64,000 bases of DNA from Camelus ferus. Taxonomy: Eukaryota. The number at the start of each line of letters is the position of its first letter. Position 1 is the stretch's first letter. Positions 49,489-62,101 of the stretch are shown here, piece by piece. The stretch covers positions 44,642,001 through 44,706,000 of the forward strand of contig NC_045697.1 of the NCBI RefSeq assembly GCF_009834535.1, in the 5' to 3' direction. The notes beneath the pieces are model-generated. The model had not been told where the DNA came from. It did no database searches and saw only the letters and a program-made list of their open reading frames with translations. The position numbers and the translations under genes are program-made.

Positions 49489-51822
49489 TTTATAGCATTA
49501 CTTCTATGGGAAAAACGGACTCCCACTTCCTACCAATCGGCTTTCAAGTGTAACTTTGGAATTTAGCATGTGGGTACGTTGGGGCTTCCCTGTGTATGAA
49601 ATCAGTGGTCTGGATGACAGTCACATTTTAAACGTGTAAAGCTAACAACTGGTGAGCAGATTATGGCTCTGAGTATTCAGGTTAATTAAGTTCTAAGACA
49701 TGGAGCCGAGGACTACACAGAGAGAGACTTCCTGCTGGAATTAAAGCACACAATGGATATTCAGCTAGCAGGCAAAGCTACAAGAAGAGTTTAAACATCT
49801 GTACCCAGATGTCAGCTGGTTACTCTAACACTTGATCTCTAGATAAGATGGTTCAAGCCTTTTTCTAAACCCTTTGGAATGTCCAGTGCTATTTCCAAGA
49901 TTTCTGCAAATCCTGGTGGATTTAACCTTCCCTGGGCTACTTCTGGGGGATCCTTGTTTTTTCTGCTCTGCTTCTTACGATGGTCCTTTATCTCTGTCCA
50001 GGATAGAAGGCTCCTTCTTTTTGATTCCTCCAGCAACAAAGAGTTGTTTCATTAATCAGAATCTTTACAGAGGCTCATGGAATGAAAGGGCAGGAGTCAC
50101 ACTGCCACATCACACATCACAGATTACAGCACACAGTCCTGTATTAAACATCCTTGTCCTTCAAGGTATTTTTGGCCACACCGTCATGGGACTATGTCTC
50201 ACTGGCCCAGCCACACCATATTGTATCCTGGCCTCTCTCCATCTTGCTGGCTCCTGTTTTGTCTTGGCTACTTCTCTAGGCTTGCTCTCAGAACTCCAGA
50301 TTCTTCTTACTCTTTTATTCAGAAAATGTCAACGTCTCATTCCACCCCCTCCACTCCCAAACTCATCCCCAGGACAACCTTTGCACCAGCCAAGGTACTT
50401 GACTGAGCAAAAGGGCCACCCTGTCTTTTTTGAACAGAATCCATCCTCCTTAGAGTACGGTTTTGGGATTAAGTAGAATTTTCCTAAGATCTATTATATA
50501 TTTCTTCTGTGGAAAAATTAATTCTGTCTAGGCTTTCCTGAATGCTTAAAAGCTGAGAAAGAATCTTTTCTTCCTGCATCATTATAGAATCCTCTTTGTT
50601 GGGAGATGCTCATCTGGAAAAAGTGAAACAGGATTTTTAGCAGGCATGTGCACATCAGTGCACTCCTGTTAGTTAACCTCATCAGTCTTTACAACCCTTC
50701 TGCTAACATGTTTAGGAATAGATCATCTCTATTTGTAGCCAAATAAATGCAAGCAGAATTATTTCTTATTTGCCAGCAAAAAGAGTGCCACTGATGCAAG
50801 GTGAGTGGCACTGGCAAGGCCACGCAGGGCATTCTGTGTCATAAATTGTATCCTGAGAATAAAGCAACAGAGTTAAATTGTTTTCGGGAGGGTTTGCTTT
50901 CTTGCTCTCTTGTCTTTTGTATATCTGAGAGCTTTTCTGCTTTCTTTGAAATGGAAAGTCATTTCTCAGGCGAGAGATCATTTTATTTAGTGCTCTTATT
51001 TTCTTGGTAAGTATTCTGATTTTCTTCCTATCAATTTCTATTTTTATGCACAGCGATTCTCAATTGGTGAGAAAATTATGATCTCATAATCTTTTTTCCT
51101 TGTACTTGCTGAATGATTAGCCTCATTTGCTGTGTGGGTTCCACTTCACGGCTGTGAAATGATGACTCTCCCTGACTCTGGCTAAGCATGTCGACTTGAT
51201 GGCTTTGACCTTTTCCATGAAAACAAGGGAGATGAAAAGATGTGACATGTGTGTAAATTGTCACTCAAATGGGGTTATTTTGGCTAACGGCGCGAAATAC
51301 ATGCTTTGCTAAACTCCCAGAATGTACCAGTGGAGTGTTTTGTGTTTGAGGTTTTCTAAGGCATTTGACAGTCTTGTTATTTTTAAGCAATGAGAGAAAA
51401 AAATCCTGATTGGCCATTAAATACAAACAATAAATGTATATCCTCAGCCACAAGCTGTGTGAATAAATGCATTACAGATTCCCAGGAAAAACCCTGTTCT
51501 CAATTGGTGTGGTTAAATTTGCTTCATCTGAGCTGTGATAGATATTACTTCCACTGCACTTAATTGGGATAACTGACAAATTCAGATTCAGAACATTTCA
51601 GTGACTCCAAGGGATGTATAAATATTTCACCAAATCCATTTAAATCGTATTCTGGATTTGGTCAGGGGTCTCACTGTAGTAATTTGCAGGTGTGACCAAT
51701 ATTAACTTATAAATTTCCCATGACTGGTCCTTTGTTGATTTCAGGCTTCCCTCCTGTTCAGTAATGATGGCTCAGCAAGCATATTTTACCTTCCTTCTCT
51801 GCAGGCCCTTTATTGCTTTGAG

Positions 51823-51856
51823 ATGCGTGTGTGTGTGTGTGCGCGCGCATGCACGC
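51823..51856. repeat. Alternating purine-pyrimidine tract (GT)n(GC)n
   Basis: atgcgtgtgtgtgtgtgtgcgcgcgcatgcacgc, 34 bp. Confidence 0.95.
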
Positions 51857-52549
51857 CATGTTTTTAATAGTAATGCACGAGACAGTATTTCCCACTAGAG
51901 CATATTCATATGAGCTGTTTCTTACTGGACATATTTCTCTCTTCATTTGTGCTTTTAGTAAAGGGGACTTGGACGATGTCTGACTGGATAAACAATGAGA
52001 AAACAATAGGGATGGTGTAGAAGTACATACATGCTCCAATGACCTGTACAATGTCACACTTGGCTAATGCTCCTATGATATTTTTAGTAGTCACCATCAG
52101 GGTGGGTTTGAAGAACAGCACAATAACCCTAACTTGTTGCTGTAATGGAACTAATACATTTATATATGGGTGGAAATGATTAATTTTTTAAGTTCTTTTT
52201 CTTTTTCATGACTGAAAATGAGATTCTTATTCCCTGGCATGAGAGCATGATCTTTCTATCATTTGCTCTTTTTTCCCCCAATCACTAGAATTTTAAACTG
52301 TACTGTATGGGGTTGCGTATCTCACTGGTTAGTTTTGGATTCATTTCAGAGACTTGGAAATATGAAATGTGTTACAAACGTGTAAGATTATTTAAGGCAG
52401 GACTGCTTGGCTTGTGCTGTGAGTGATCATTGTCCTCAGCTAGCATCTTTCTGTTCGAATGAAGATCTTTAGGGTATTTGTTACTACTTCAGAACCATTT
52501 TTTCCACTGGTCATTCCAAATAGATTTATTTATAACTAACTTAATTTTT

Positions 52550-52705
52550 TAAGCTTTTTTGAGGTATAATTGGCTAATAAAAAGTATATATATTTAGAAT
52601 GTATAATATGTCTTTTTATGGTATACAGTGTGATGATTTAATATAAATGATTACCACAATCAAGTTAATGAACACATCCATCACCTCACATACTTACCAT
52701 TTTTT
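52550..52705 (-). mobile_element. L1MA-type 3' end fragment
   Basis: tgaggtataattg...tgattaccacaatcaagttaatgaacacatccatcacctcacatacttaccattt. Confidence 0.75.
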
Positions 52706-52929
52706 TAAAAAAGATTTGAACCATTTTGGTGTTAAAACAAATTAGCAGTAGAAGAGGTACCTGTGTGGCCCTGTACATGCGGATGTGTCTTTTTGTTAGT
52801 AATGAAGAAGGCATTTCTAACATTCAGTCTCACTGATGAGCATTAAGGCGGGCATAAAACCTACCTTCATGAGATGAGCATTAAGATAAGGACAAAACTG
52901 CTAATAATAATAATGGCCATTACATAGCT

Positions 52930-53340
52930 ACAGTGGTTAATATCGAGAACCTACATGACATTTGGTGTTCTAAGTCTTTTATGTTTATGTGAACTCATTT
53001 AATCTTCACAACAATTCTAGGAGGCAGATATTTATTACCCCAATTTTAAAAACAAGAAACGAAAGGACAGAAAGGTTAATTAACTTATCTGAGGTCACAC
53101 AGCCAGGAAGCCACAGAACTGAGGTTTGAACTTTGGTAGAATTGTCAGATTCAGGGGGAAACACACACACACAACACCAGCAGTACTTATGTTCTTTTTG
53201 AAATATTTGGGACATACTTACACTAAAAGGTTATTCATTGTTTATCTGAAATTCAAATTTAATTGAGTGCCCTGTGTTTTCTCTGGCAAATCTAAACCTC
53301 AATTATCTAGCTTCAGAGCCCATGTTTTTAACCTTTATGC
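52930..53340 (-). mobile_element. MIR SINE interrupted by MER53
   Basis: aactcatttaatcttcacaacaattct...aaggttaattaacttatctgaggtcacacagc...ggtttgaac, resuming at tctagcttcagagcccatgtttttaacc. Confidence 0.8.
53136..53294. mobile_element. MER53 hAT MITE (partial)
   Basis: tgggacatacttacactaaaaggttattcattgtttatctgaaattcaaatttaattgagtgccctgtg...ctggcaaatcta. Confidence 0.8.
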
Positions 53341-53459
53341 TAAGTCTGCCTATAACCCGAGCTTAACTGATCAATGTTGACTTTCACATCTCAGGTCAAT
53401 TCCTTTTAAAATCTAGAAGATTCTTCTTTCTAGATGTAGAACTACTGTCTATGATAATG

Positions 53460-54370
53460 AGAATGTATCAGTCGGCAAATACATACTTATAATTTACTCC
53501 ATGTTCAGTATTGTTTCAAAGATTAGTGAGATGTGATTTTGCCCCTAAAAGAGTTCACAGTAGATAAGATGGAAATGTACAAAATACACTGTACTTTCTA
53601 TTACAATATAATAATAGCTTTGTTGAACTATGAGCTGTTGGCTCTCCCAAGGAGGTTTGGGGAAAGCATCATAGAGTAGGGAATATTTGAATTGGGCCTT
53701 AAAAGGTGAATGAATGGGAGTTCATCAGGGAAAGAAACTATGGGTAGAAAGGAAACAACATGAGAAAAGGCAAAGATTTGTGAAGGTGCGGGGTGGAATC
53801 ATTTTTAAAAAATGTAAGGCACTTGTGCTCTGCTTAATAGTGAGTGATGAAAATTGGAGAGTGGGATATGGATATAACCTGAAGGACTTCAATACTATAC
53901 TTCCAAAACCTCATCCTAGACAACTGGGAGCCATTGAAGATTTTTAAACAGAGAAGTGACATGATCAGATACATGTTTAAAAAAAATAACTTTAGTAGCA
54001 GAGAGGCAGAGAGATTGGAGAGGAAAAGACTCTCCATTCATCCATGGATGGGATGGATGGAACCCATCATCCATGGGTCACTCATTTGGAAAGGACAGCT
54101 GTGGCTTAGAGGTACAGATGAGTCATGTGAGTGGGTGGGTTTGCTCAGGAGAGTGTGCAGAACAAGGAGAGAAGAGGGCAATGATCACATCCTGGGGAGC
54201 ACTGGCATTTAATTTGGGAGCAGGATGACAGAAGTCAGAAAAAGAATAAGAAAGGGCAGCAGAGTGTAAGAAGAAGCAGGAAAGAGCAATGTTATGAAAA
54301 CCAGGGCACAATGGGTGGGTCAGCAATGTGGAATAGTATGCAGGCAGAGATGATGCCACTGGATTGGACA
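53460..54370 (-). mobile_element. L2 fragments
   Basis: atttgaattgggccttaaaaggtgaa...gggagccattgaagatttttaaacagagaagtgacatgatcagat. Confidence 0.7.
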
Positions 54371-54699
54371 GTTAGGCTATCCTAATTTATTTTTAAAAAT
54401 TTTAGCTCTTAGGGGCCATTTTTGAAAGCACCGTTGACCACCTCTTGGTGGTTTGGATGTGGAATTTGCTACAGGTAAGGACTTAAGTCAAATGCTCTGA
54501 GCTGCCTTTGATCACATATTCTCTAAGAACTCATTTTATTTACATGATGCTCCAACTTCTATAATTCTTAATTATTGTGTATAAAACAGGACAAGAATTT
54601 ACATGGGAAATAGTATGGTCTAATACTACTCGGAATATTTCAAAGTATAAAGGAATTTGGCTATTTTTCAGTGACATTAGAGAAAACTTGCCACCCACT

Positions 54700-55180
54700 G
54701 TTGACGGAATTCTGTTGACTAGTGGACGTTGCTGGGTCTCTACCTGTTTGGCCCTCCAGGCCCAGGAAGCTGGCCTGTAAGAATCACCTTGAGGAGATGC
54801 CCCTGCCTTCTGGCTTCTGGTTGGGTTTGACCAATGGAGTGAACTGTCAGGACATCAGGAGAGGAAGGTGAGTGGAGGCCCGGCTGCCTCCGTGCTGGGT
54901 CATCACAGGTCGGCCGCTGCCTTTGCCTGAAGGCCACAGCTCCAGAGCCAGGCAGGGACTTCTCCATTGAGCTCTTATCCCTGTGTTCTGATAACCCATG
55001 CTCTGTCCTTGCCTTCTCAGGCCCTCAGTCCCTCCCCGCCATCTTACTGGCTCTAGTGTACAGTTCTGTCCTTTACTGATTTCCCTAAACCGTATGCCCT
55101 GCCCACACCCTTATGAACAGTCTCCTAATGGCCCAGGATGAATGTGTCATCTTTTTCAAGCTGGGACCCTGACTGATACA
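54700..55180 (+). mobile_element. LTR33-family ERVL LTR
   Basis: tgccttctggcttctggttgggtttgaccaatgg...ccctgcccacaccctt...gaatgtgtcatc...ctgggaccctgactgataca. Confidence 0.8.
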
Positions 55181-55772
55181 ACTATGGACCCTCCTTTCAG
55201 AGTAAGATTTAGGACACAGTGAGAGATGCTAACTTGGGAAAACTAAAAAGGAAAACGCAAGCTTCCTGTTAGAAACGGTGCTTCCTGAGGTCATTTGTGT
55301 TGCATGCAGGAATACTGAAATTGCTTTTTGTTTTTTTGCGGGGTCAGAGGCAGGAGAGAGTAGATTCTCCTAAATCATCAGAGGACCTCTGCTGGCTTTT
55401 AGATGTTACACTGGAGAAGAGAACAGCTCTGTGCTTGTGCTTTGTGCTTTGTGCTTGTGTATAAGTCCTTGAGGGTTCCTAGGGCCGCAAGAGGATGTAG
55501 CCCAGCATGGTACGGGGCAGATTAACCAAGCTTAATCCTGTGCCTCTGAGTCTTGGTCGTACTACATTAGCTTGTAAATTTTATTTTGTTAGTGGTGAGG
55601 TAAAATTAGAAAAAAAATTAAACAACAAATGGAAACTAGTTCAGGAATGTATTTTTAGAGTATTACAAATCTGAGAAGGAAAACAAATTGCAGAGGCATA
55701 ATTATAGAAGGAATATCTGGATTTATATTGTTAATAAAATAAAGGTATTGTATGAAACTAAACACCCATTCA

Positions 55773-55828
55773 GGGGGAGTGCCAAGATGGCGGAGTAGAA
55801 GGATGCACAGCTCAACCCCTCCCATGGA
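55773..55828 (+). mobile_element. Isolated 56-bp L1 5' terminus between direct repeats
   Basis: gggggagtgccaagatggcggagtagaaggatgcacagctcaacccctcccatgga contains the L1 5' YY1 motif CAAGATGGCG; perfect repeat taaacacccattca at 55759-55772 and 55829-55842. Confidence 0.8.
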
Positions 55829-58800
55829 TAAACACCCATTCATTTCATCACATGATATTAGACTATGCAGATGGATTATAAAATGTAGGCATTGAGAAGG
55901 AAACAAACCCACGTGAAGCGTTTTGCAAACTATGCTGTCCTACATAAATGAAAGTTATTACAATAGTAATCCTACCTTTCAACATAATACCATTATATTA
56001 TAGGATAATATTATAGGATATATTATGGAATACTCAGTTTAGTCTTACTTTCCAACTTTAATTGAATTCTTTTAAGGAAAAACGAGAGGGCCATTTTTTG
56101 ATCAAGATGACTTAAATTTAATTTCATTTGCTGCAAGGACTTTATAATCTCCTGAGTTACCTTACAACCGTGCACTTCCGTGGGATAGGACATTTTGCAG
56201 GAAAGATGCTTTAGCGAAAAGAAATCTAAAATATCTTCTAAGCATCACATTTTGATGATGATAATGATAATTTTTGAATGTTCTGGCTAAGAGGACCTGA
56301 ACGTGTTGTGAATAGAATAAGCAATAGGAAATGTGACCTAGGAAGAGAGGGTCATCCCACTGCCATCTTAAACGCACGTAGGCCTCAAAGGAATAGTGTC
56401 CACGCCTACACGTGTTCTCAATGCTGCTTCATTATAGCCCACTTGGTGGAAAAGGAGCTAGAAGCTGTTTGAGTCTGGGTCCCAGAGTGAGTATGCACAA
56501 ACTGGGACCATAATCCAAGTCTCCTGACTTCCACTTATATGATAGACTGTCCCAGCTTTCACTCTGGAATTCTACAACTCTAATGGGAAACTGTGCAAGC
56601 AAGGGAGGGAGGAGAAAACTAAAGAGCCTGGGGCCCTCTGCAGTCAGTCTTTTAAAATTTTGTGACTTGCTGCTGGTGAGAAAGAATTAATTTGACAACA
56701 AAGCCACCATAAGGTTCTATTCATCAGAGAACCATGTAACTGGAATCCAACCCAGTGTTATAATTAACAGATACAGCAGGCTCCCTATCTGGGCCTCTGG
56801 AGCAGACAATAGATGTTGAATTGAGAGTATGAAAGCTGGTTCACATTAGTGTCTCTCCCTAGCTTCTTTTCTTGATAGCTTTTGCCATCAATTCAGCTAT
56901 ATTTGTATTTGATAAAGTGACTCTTACTACTTTACATGCTTCCAATGTTCACATCTGTATTTTTGACCTCTCTTTGCAAATCTCCTATAAACAGACTTCC
57001 GAGACTCAAATGAATAATAGGTCTCAATTATAAAATTTAATGCAGTGAAACCAACAGTTACAGCAATACTGCTGTCCAACTCAAGTAACTCAGTGGCTTC
57101 CTGGTTGCATCTGTACTTGAGAATCATTGTGGCAGTGACAAATTCACTGCTGCAGGTTTGAACTGTGACGAATTAATACCAGTGGCGTAGTACCCTACTG
57201 ATGCAGCTCTGGTCGCCCAGCTGGAGTAGGGAAGGATGCTCTGGTGCACTTTTTATGGCTAATGCAAATTAGCAGATAGTTGTGGGAATAAAGTTCTCTT
57301 CTTGATCTATGGCAGGAGATAGCTAGTCTGCAAGAGTTCATTTCAAGACTGTAATTAGTTTATTCATTAAGGTTGGGGAATTCAATGACACAGCTGCATG
57401 AGGTACCATTGAAAGCTACCTGAACATATGGCAGAAGGATAATGCAAATTTAGCTCCTGAAAGAAAAAGGCAAAATGGTACAGCTTTGTGCTTTGGTTTT
57501 ACATCCTGCAGTGATTTCCTGAAGGGGGGTGGTGAGTTGATTACAACCCAAACCTTCTAAAATACATTGATTTTATTTTATTTTCTTCTAGAATATATAC
57601 ACTTCTTTATTGCTGACGTTGTATGTGTTTTATATTTTTGGGCTTCCCACTCTTTTTTTCAAAAATATACATTGATTTTTAGATGGAGGTATTTATTTTC
57701 TTTGAATGTTACACATAATACATGTAAATGTTATGACACATCCCCACACACATCTCTAGACATCTAGGTACATACACAGCAGACTAAATGCTGTTCTTTG
57801 GTTTCTAGCAAGAGAGACTAACACCTACAATTATTTATAATGTTTCTGTTTCCCCTTATGTTTTTAGTATTATTAATCTAACAAAGTTTTAAGTCTGATT
57901 AGAGGTACATATACAGAGGTGAAATAACACCATTATATCTGATCTGTAAGACTTACAAGTATTCAAACATTGTAAAATTCAACCTTTTGGTTGTGAAATG
58001 CAAGCACTTGGATAGCAGAGATTCTCTTAAGTCTGTTTTTTGTATGGTAAAGGCTAATCTGACTTCAGATGTAGCCATGGTTATATAAGGTTTAACATTC
58101 ATATATTGCTTGACTTACAAAAATCAAGTCCTGTAATTCAAGTAGGTTACAGAAAGAATTAAATTTGCATTGTTAGGAAGGAAGCTCAGTAAATTGGGAA
58201 AACTTATTAGAGCAAAGCAAAACTCGATTTGAACGGTTACATCAAACCATTCTTGTGTTTCTCTTTGTATTCTTCATGTGTCACCTATAAACATTCTCAA
58301 TGAAAATGTTATTGAAGTCAAAGCATTCAACCAGGGAAACAGACAGGTGTGGAATTGCTCCGGATCCCTCATACTTCTGTTCTTGGCAATTGATGTACTC
58401 TATTTTAGTGCCAAAAGCCATTTACTGACTACATCATGTGCTCATATGGTTTCTTCTTCTTGTAACTCTCAATCCAAATTGATGGATAACACAGATGAAA
58501 CAAGAGTCTTCTGCCAAACCTAAGATGTTAAATTAGGAAGGATCTCACAATGCACAATAAGATGTTACCAGTGATTGAAGCTTTACATCCTATTTTGTGG
58601 TTTTCTGCACTGTATAAATTTTATTAAAATGTGTGTGTATGTGTGTGTGTGTGCTGCTTTCGTAATAATTCAAAGCCTTTCATGTCCAGGAATATAATTT
58701 TTTTCTGTGCAGAACCTAATGTTTGTGGTTGTGGCTCTGAGTGAGACGTGGTTGTGAGAGGCAGACAGTTGTAGGTAAACAGGCAAGAAGGGGCAGCCAC

Positions 58801-61059
58801 AACTGTCAGTGGAAGGTTGGAGACATCAGGGAATCAGAGTGAGGAGAGGACCTGAAACTAATTTGCCTGTCAGAGCAAACCTATCCACAAATTCAGCCAA
58901 GTAATGGGTCTAATTAAGTGAGCATATGAAGACTCAAGTGATGATGAAGTCAAGGAGTCAGGCCAGGAGCATAATCCAGGATCTAGTCTGATGGCAGTCA
59001 GTGAGATCTGAAATGAAACAAACCAGGAGTCAGATGGTACAGGTGTCAGATCCTCCCGGAATCACGAGGCCTTCCTAGATAAGGCAGCTTCCTACCTCAT
59101 TCTCCAAAACGTTCCCATCTTTAGATAAAAGAATCCCCATGACAGGGAGAAACCTACTCAAATGTAGACAGGAAGAGGCAAGTGGAAATACCTGAATGGG
59201 TTAGGGAGTGCAGGGCCTGGCCTCAGTGGCCTTTATAGTCCCTGGTGTTAACCTCACGAATATATTACCACAGAGGATCAGGACATTTCTCTGACAGTCA
59301 ATGGACAATTCTGCAATTTTTAAAGAAACTTTTTCCTCTGAGAGTGAGGAGTGGAGCAGCAGAGTTCTGTATCTCCTGGGAGCACATTAATTTAGGTGGG
59401 TTGTGTTGTGGGTTTAGAGTCTAGACTGTTCTGTCCTTCACTTTGGTGAAAGCTGTTTCTCTCCAGAAAATGTATCTGCTAAGGAGTTTCTATTGACTGA
59501 TTCCTAATTAGTCAATCATCTACTGATGTTTTGTGTATGAAGAAGAAATAAAAGTTACAATCCCTGCCTTTGGGAATTCTATAGCTCCTTGGAGGAGACA
59601 AGATAAAATTGTGCATTCATTTTTACATTCATTTACTTACTAACTATGCTAGATGCCTACAGTAAATATGGTAGATACCTCTCTGTCTTCATGGAGATTA
59701 TAGTCAAATGAATTACTTACATGATGCAAAACTTCCATTCTACTTGCCTGCTCCAAATGCATACCTTTTGCTTAAGTCACCTTTTATTTTGCAAATGAAT
59801 AATAGAATAACATTAAACAAGGCTTTGTAGTGTTAAAGCTTTGTTAATTTTACAAGATGGTTTCAGCACGTTTACTAGTGTCTGGTGATGAATTGTGATA
59901 ATTAAAATTCAGCTATACTAATTAAAACAAGTGAACAAAGTCTTTAATGTCCTTTTCCTCACAATTTTTAATTTCCTTTTTGCTTACTCCTGACTTTGCA
60001 GAATTCTGTAATCCTCACTGGGGTTTTTACTGTCATTAGGGAAATTCATGAAGTTCTATAGCTCAGGAAGCCTTAAGAAATTCTGTAACAGTAATATTTG
60101 AATAAATTTAGGTTCCTTTGGGTCAACTTTTTAAAATCAATGAATTTAAATTGATATGTATTCTGAAAGTCAAACTTTCATAAGAAATTCTGACCAATGT
60201 TTATTATTTTAATATGCTAAGGTTAAAACTGAGTGCCTGTATGCTTCCCCAAGTCTCCTCAGGAATTAAAAGCTGTATCTGTGATATGAAATCAACTAAA
60301 TGAAAACTGCATAGAAAATAGACAGGAAGAAGGAAATTATACAAAATGCTAATAGGGGTTGTCTCTGGGTGCCGAGATCAGAAGATTTTTGTTTATTTGT
60401 TTACATTTTTTTCCATATTTCTAAATTTCAAATTTAGCATATAGGAGACTTAGAAAACCACAATAATAGCAAGTTATAAATGCTTTTAATGGTTGAAATT
60501 TCTGCCAAAGATAGGACTCTTCTTTCAAAGGCAGGTCTCAACTTCCTTTCAAACAATCATTCACATTTAGGATGGAGGCATCCTTTGGCTTATTTTGTTT
60601 TATGAATTGGTGTTTAATTTATTTCTTTCTTTAGAAAGAAATTTGCCAAGAACATTTCTTTCTTTAGAACACTAACTCATTGGGTCCTTTCTGAATTGGT
60701 TTGATAACTTGGTGTCTCCACTGGATAATGGAGAGCTCGCTTCATGTTTTGAATTTAGTCCACCTTTGAAAATACAGCGCTGCCTTGTGATTTAGTTTAA
60801 CATCAGTAATAGTAAAGATGATGATGATAATAATAATTTCTTTATAAAGTGCTTAATCATATAAATGGGAGAGTTTTGTGGGAAATCAGACTTCCACCTG
60901 TCAATGTAATTTCCAACCCCATCCTCCACTCCAAGAATAAGAGGAACTTGACAAGTGGTTGGAAATGAAATGAGAGAAGTTCAACCCTGGCTTCATGAGT
61001 ATGGGGGTGAAGTTTCAGGCTATGAGTTGTGTATCTGGTAAGGAGATGGGCCTTCAAAT

Positions 61060-61235
61060 CTAAGAGCTGGTTTCAGCTTCTAACTCTTTTACTGGATAGC
61101 TGTGTGACCTTTGACAAATTATTTAATCTCTCTGAGCTTCCTAATCTGTGGTATATAGAAGGTAATTGCTACCTTTCAAGGTTGCTTTGAGTAGGTAATA
61201 TGTGTAAAATGTTTACCATTTTGCTTGGCACGCAT
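61060..61235 (+). mobile_element. MIR SINE
   Basis: tagctgtgtgacctttgacaaattatttaatctctctgagctt...tatgtgtaaaatgtttacca...ttggcac. Confidence 0.8.
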
Positions 61236-61937
61236 GGCTATTGTTGGACCAGGAGAAAGATGCCTATGGGTGGAAAGGTCCTCATGTAAGTGAATATTCC
61301 TAGACTACTTAATTTAGGAAAATCAACCATTCTCAAGAATAATTGTCAAGTCTGACAGGAAGTCATGAATTTTTGTAATACACAATGTATTACAAAGCAC
61401 CATTGGGGTTTAGAGTCTTGTTAATGACACTGAGTGGTCCTCCAAGCATGGAATGAGTACTGTTGCCCACACACCAATTAACTTCCCCCCTCATTAGTAA
61501 CGTGTGCCTGCAGACATTACTTCTATTGCTCTATCTTATGTCGCTAGGATGCCATCCAAGAGAACACTTAACTAAAAATCCAGTTGTCATGTCTTGCTGT
61601 TAGCTGAGCAAGTGTAGGGTAAACACCATTAAGGTTAAATGTATTATGCTAACCTCAGCTGAATGAGTGACAAGAAGGCCAAGAAGAACTCCATCTAAGC
61701 TGAGGAACAGCCGATTTTGAGTGACCAAATGAAACCTTCTAAATGTAGACCTGGGTTGAATTAGGGGTGTTGGGCATTCTTACCTGAAATCACAAGAGAA
61801 AAACTAAAACTGTTTCTTCATTTAGGGTCTGTTTATCACCTCTCATTATTCTCTCTATTCAAGATTATAATTGAGAATCTTTCATATATATATATTTCCT
61901 CCTTTTGCTTTTTCATTCTAATTAAGAATTATTTACT

Positions 61938-62101
61938 TCTAATTCACAGGGAACTATATTCAGTTTTTTTTTTGTAATAACACAAAATGGAAAAGAATCT
62001 GAAACAAAAAAAAAAGTGTATATATAACTGAATCACTTTGCTGTGCACCTGAAACTAACACTGTAAATCAACTGCACTTCAATAAAAGATTTAAAAAAGA
62101 A
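61938..62101 (+). mobile_element. 164-bp L1 3' end
   Basis: cacagggaactatattc...tataactgaatcactttgctgtgcacctgaaactaacac...ttcaataaaa; imperfect TSD aagaattatttact (61924-61937) and aaggattatttcct (62102-62115). Confidence 0.88.

Noticed and set aside
49874..50476. 200-aa + strand ORF
   Set aside because: Non-ATG start and no homology that I recognise; possibly an old LTR remnant.
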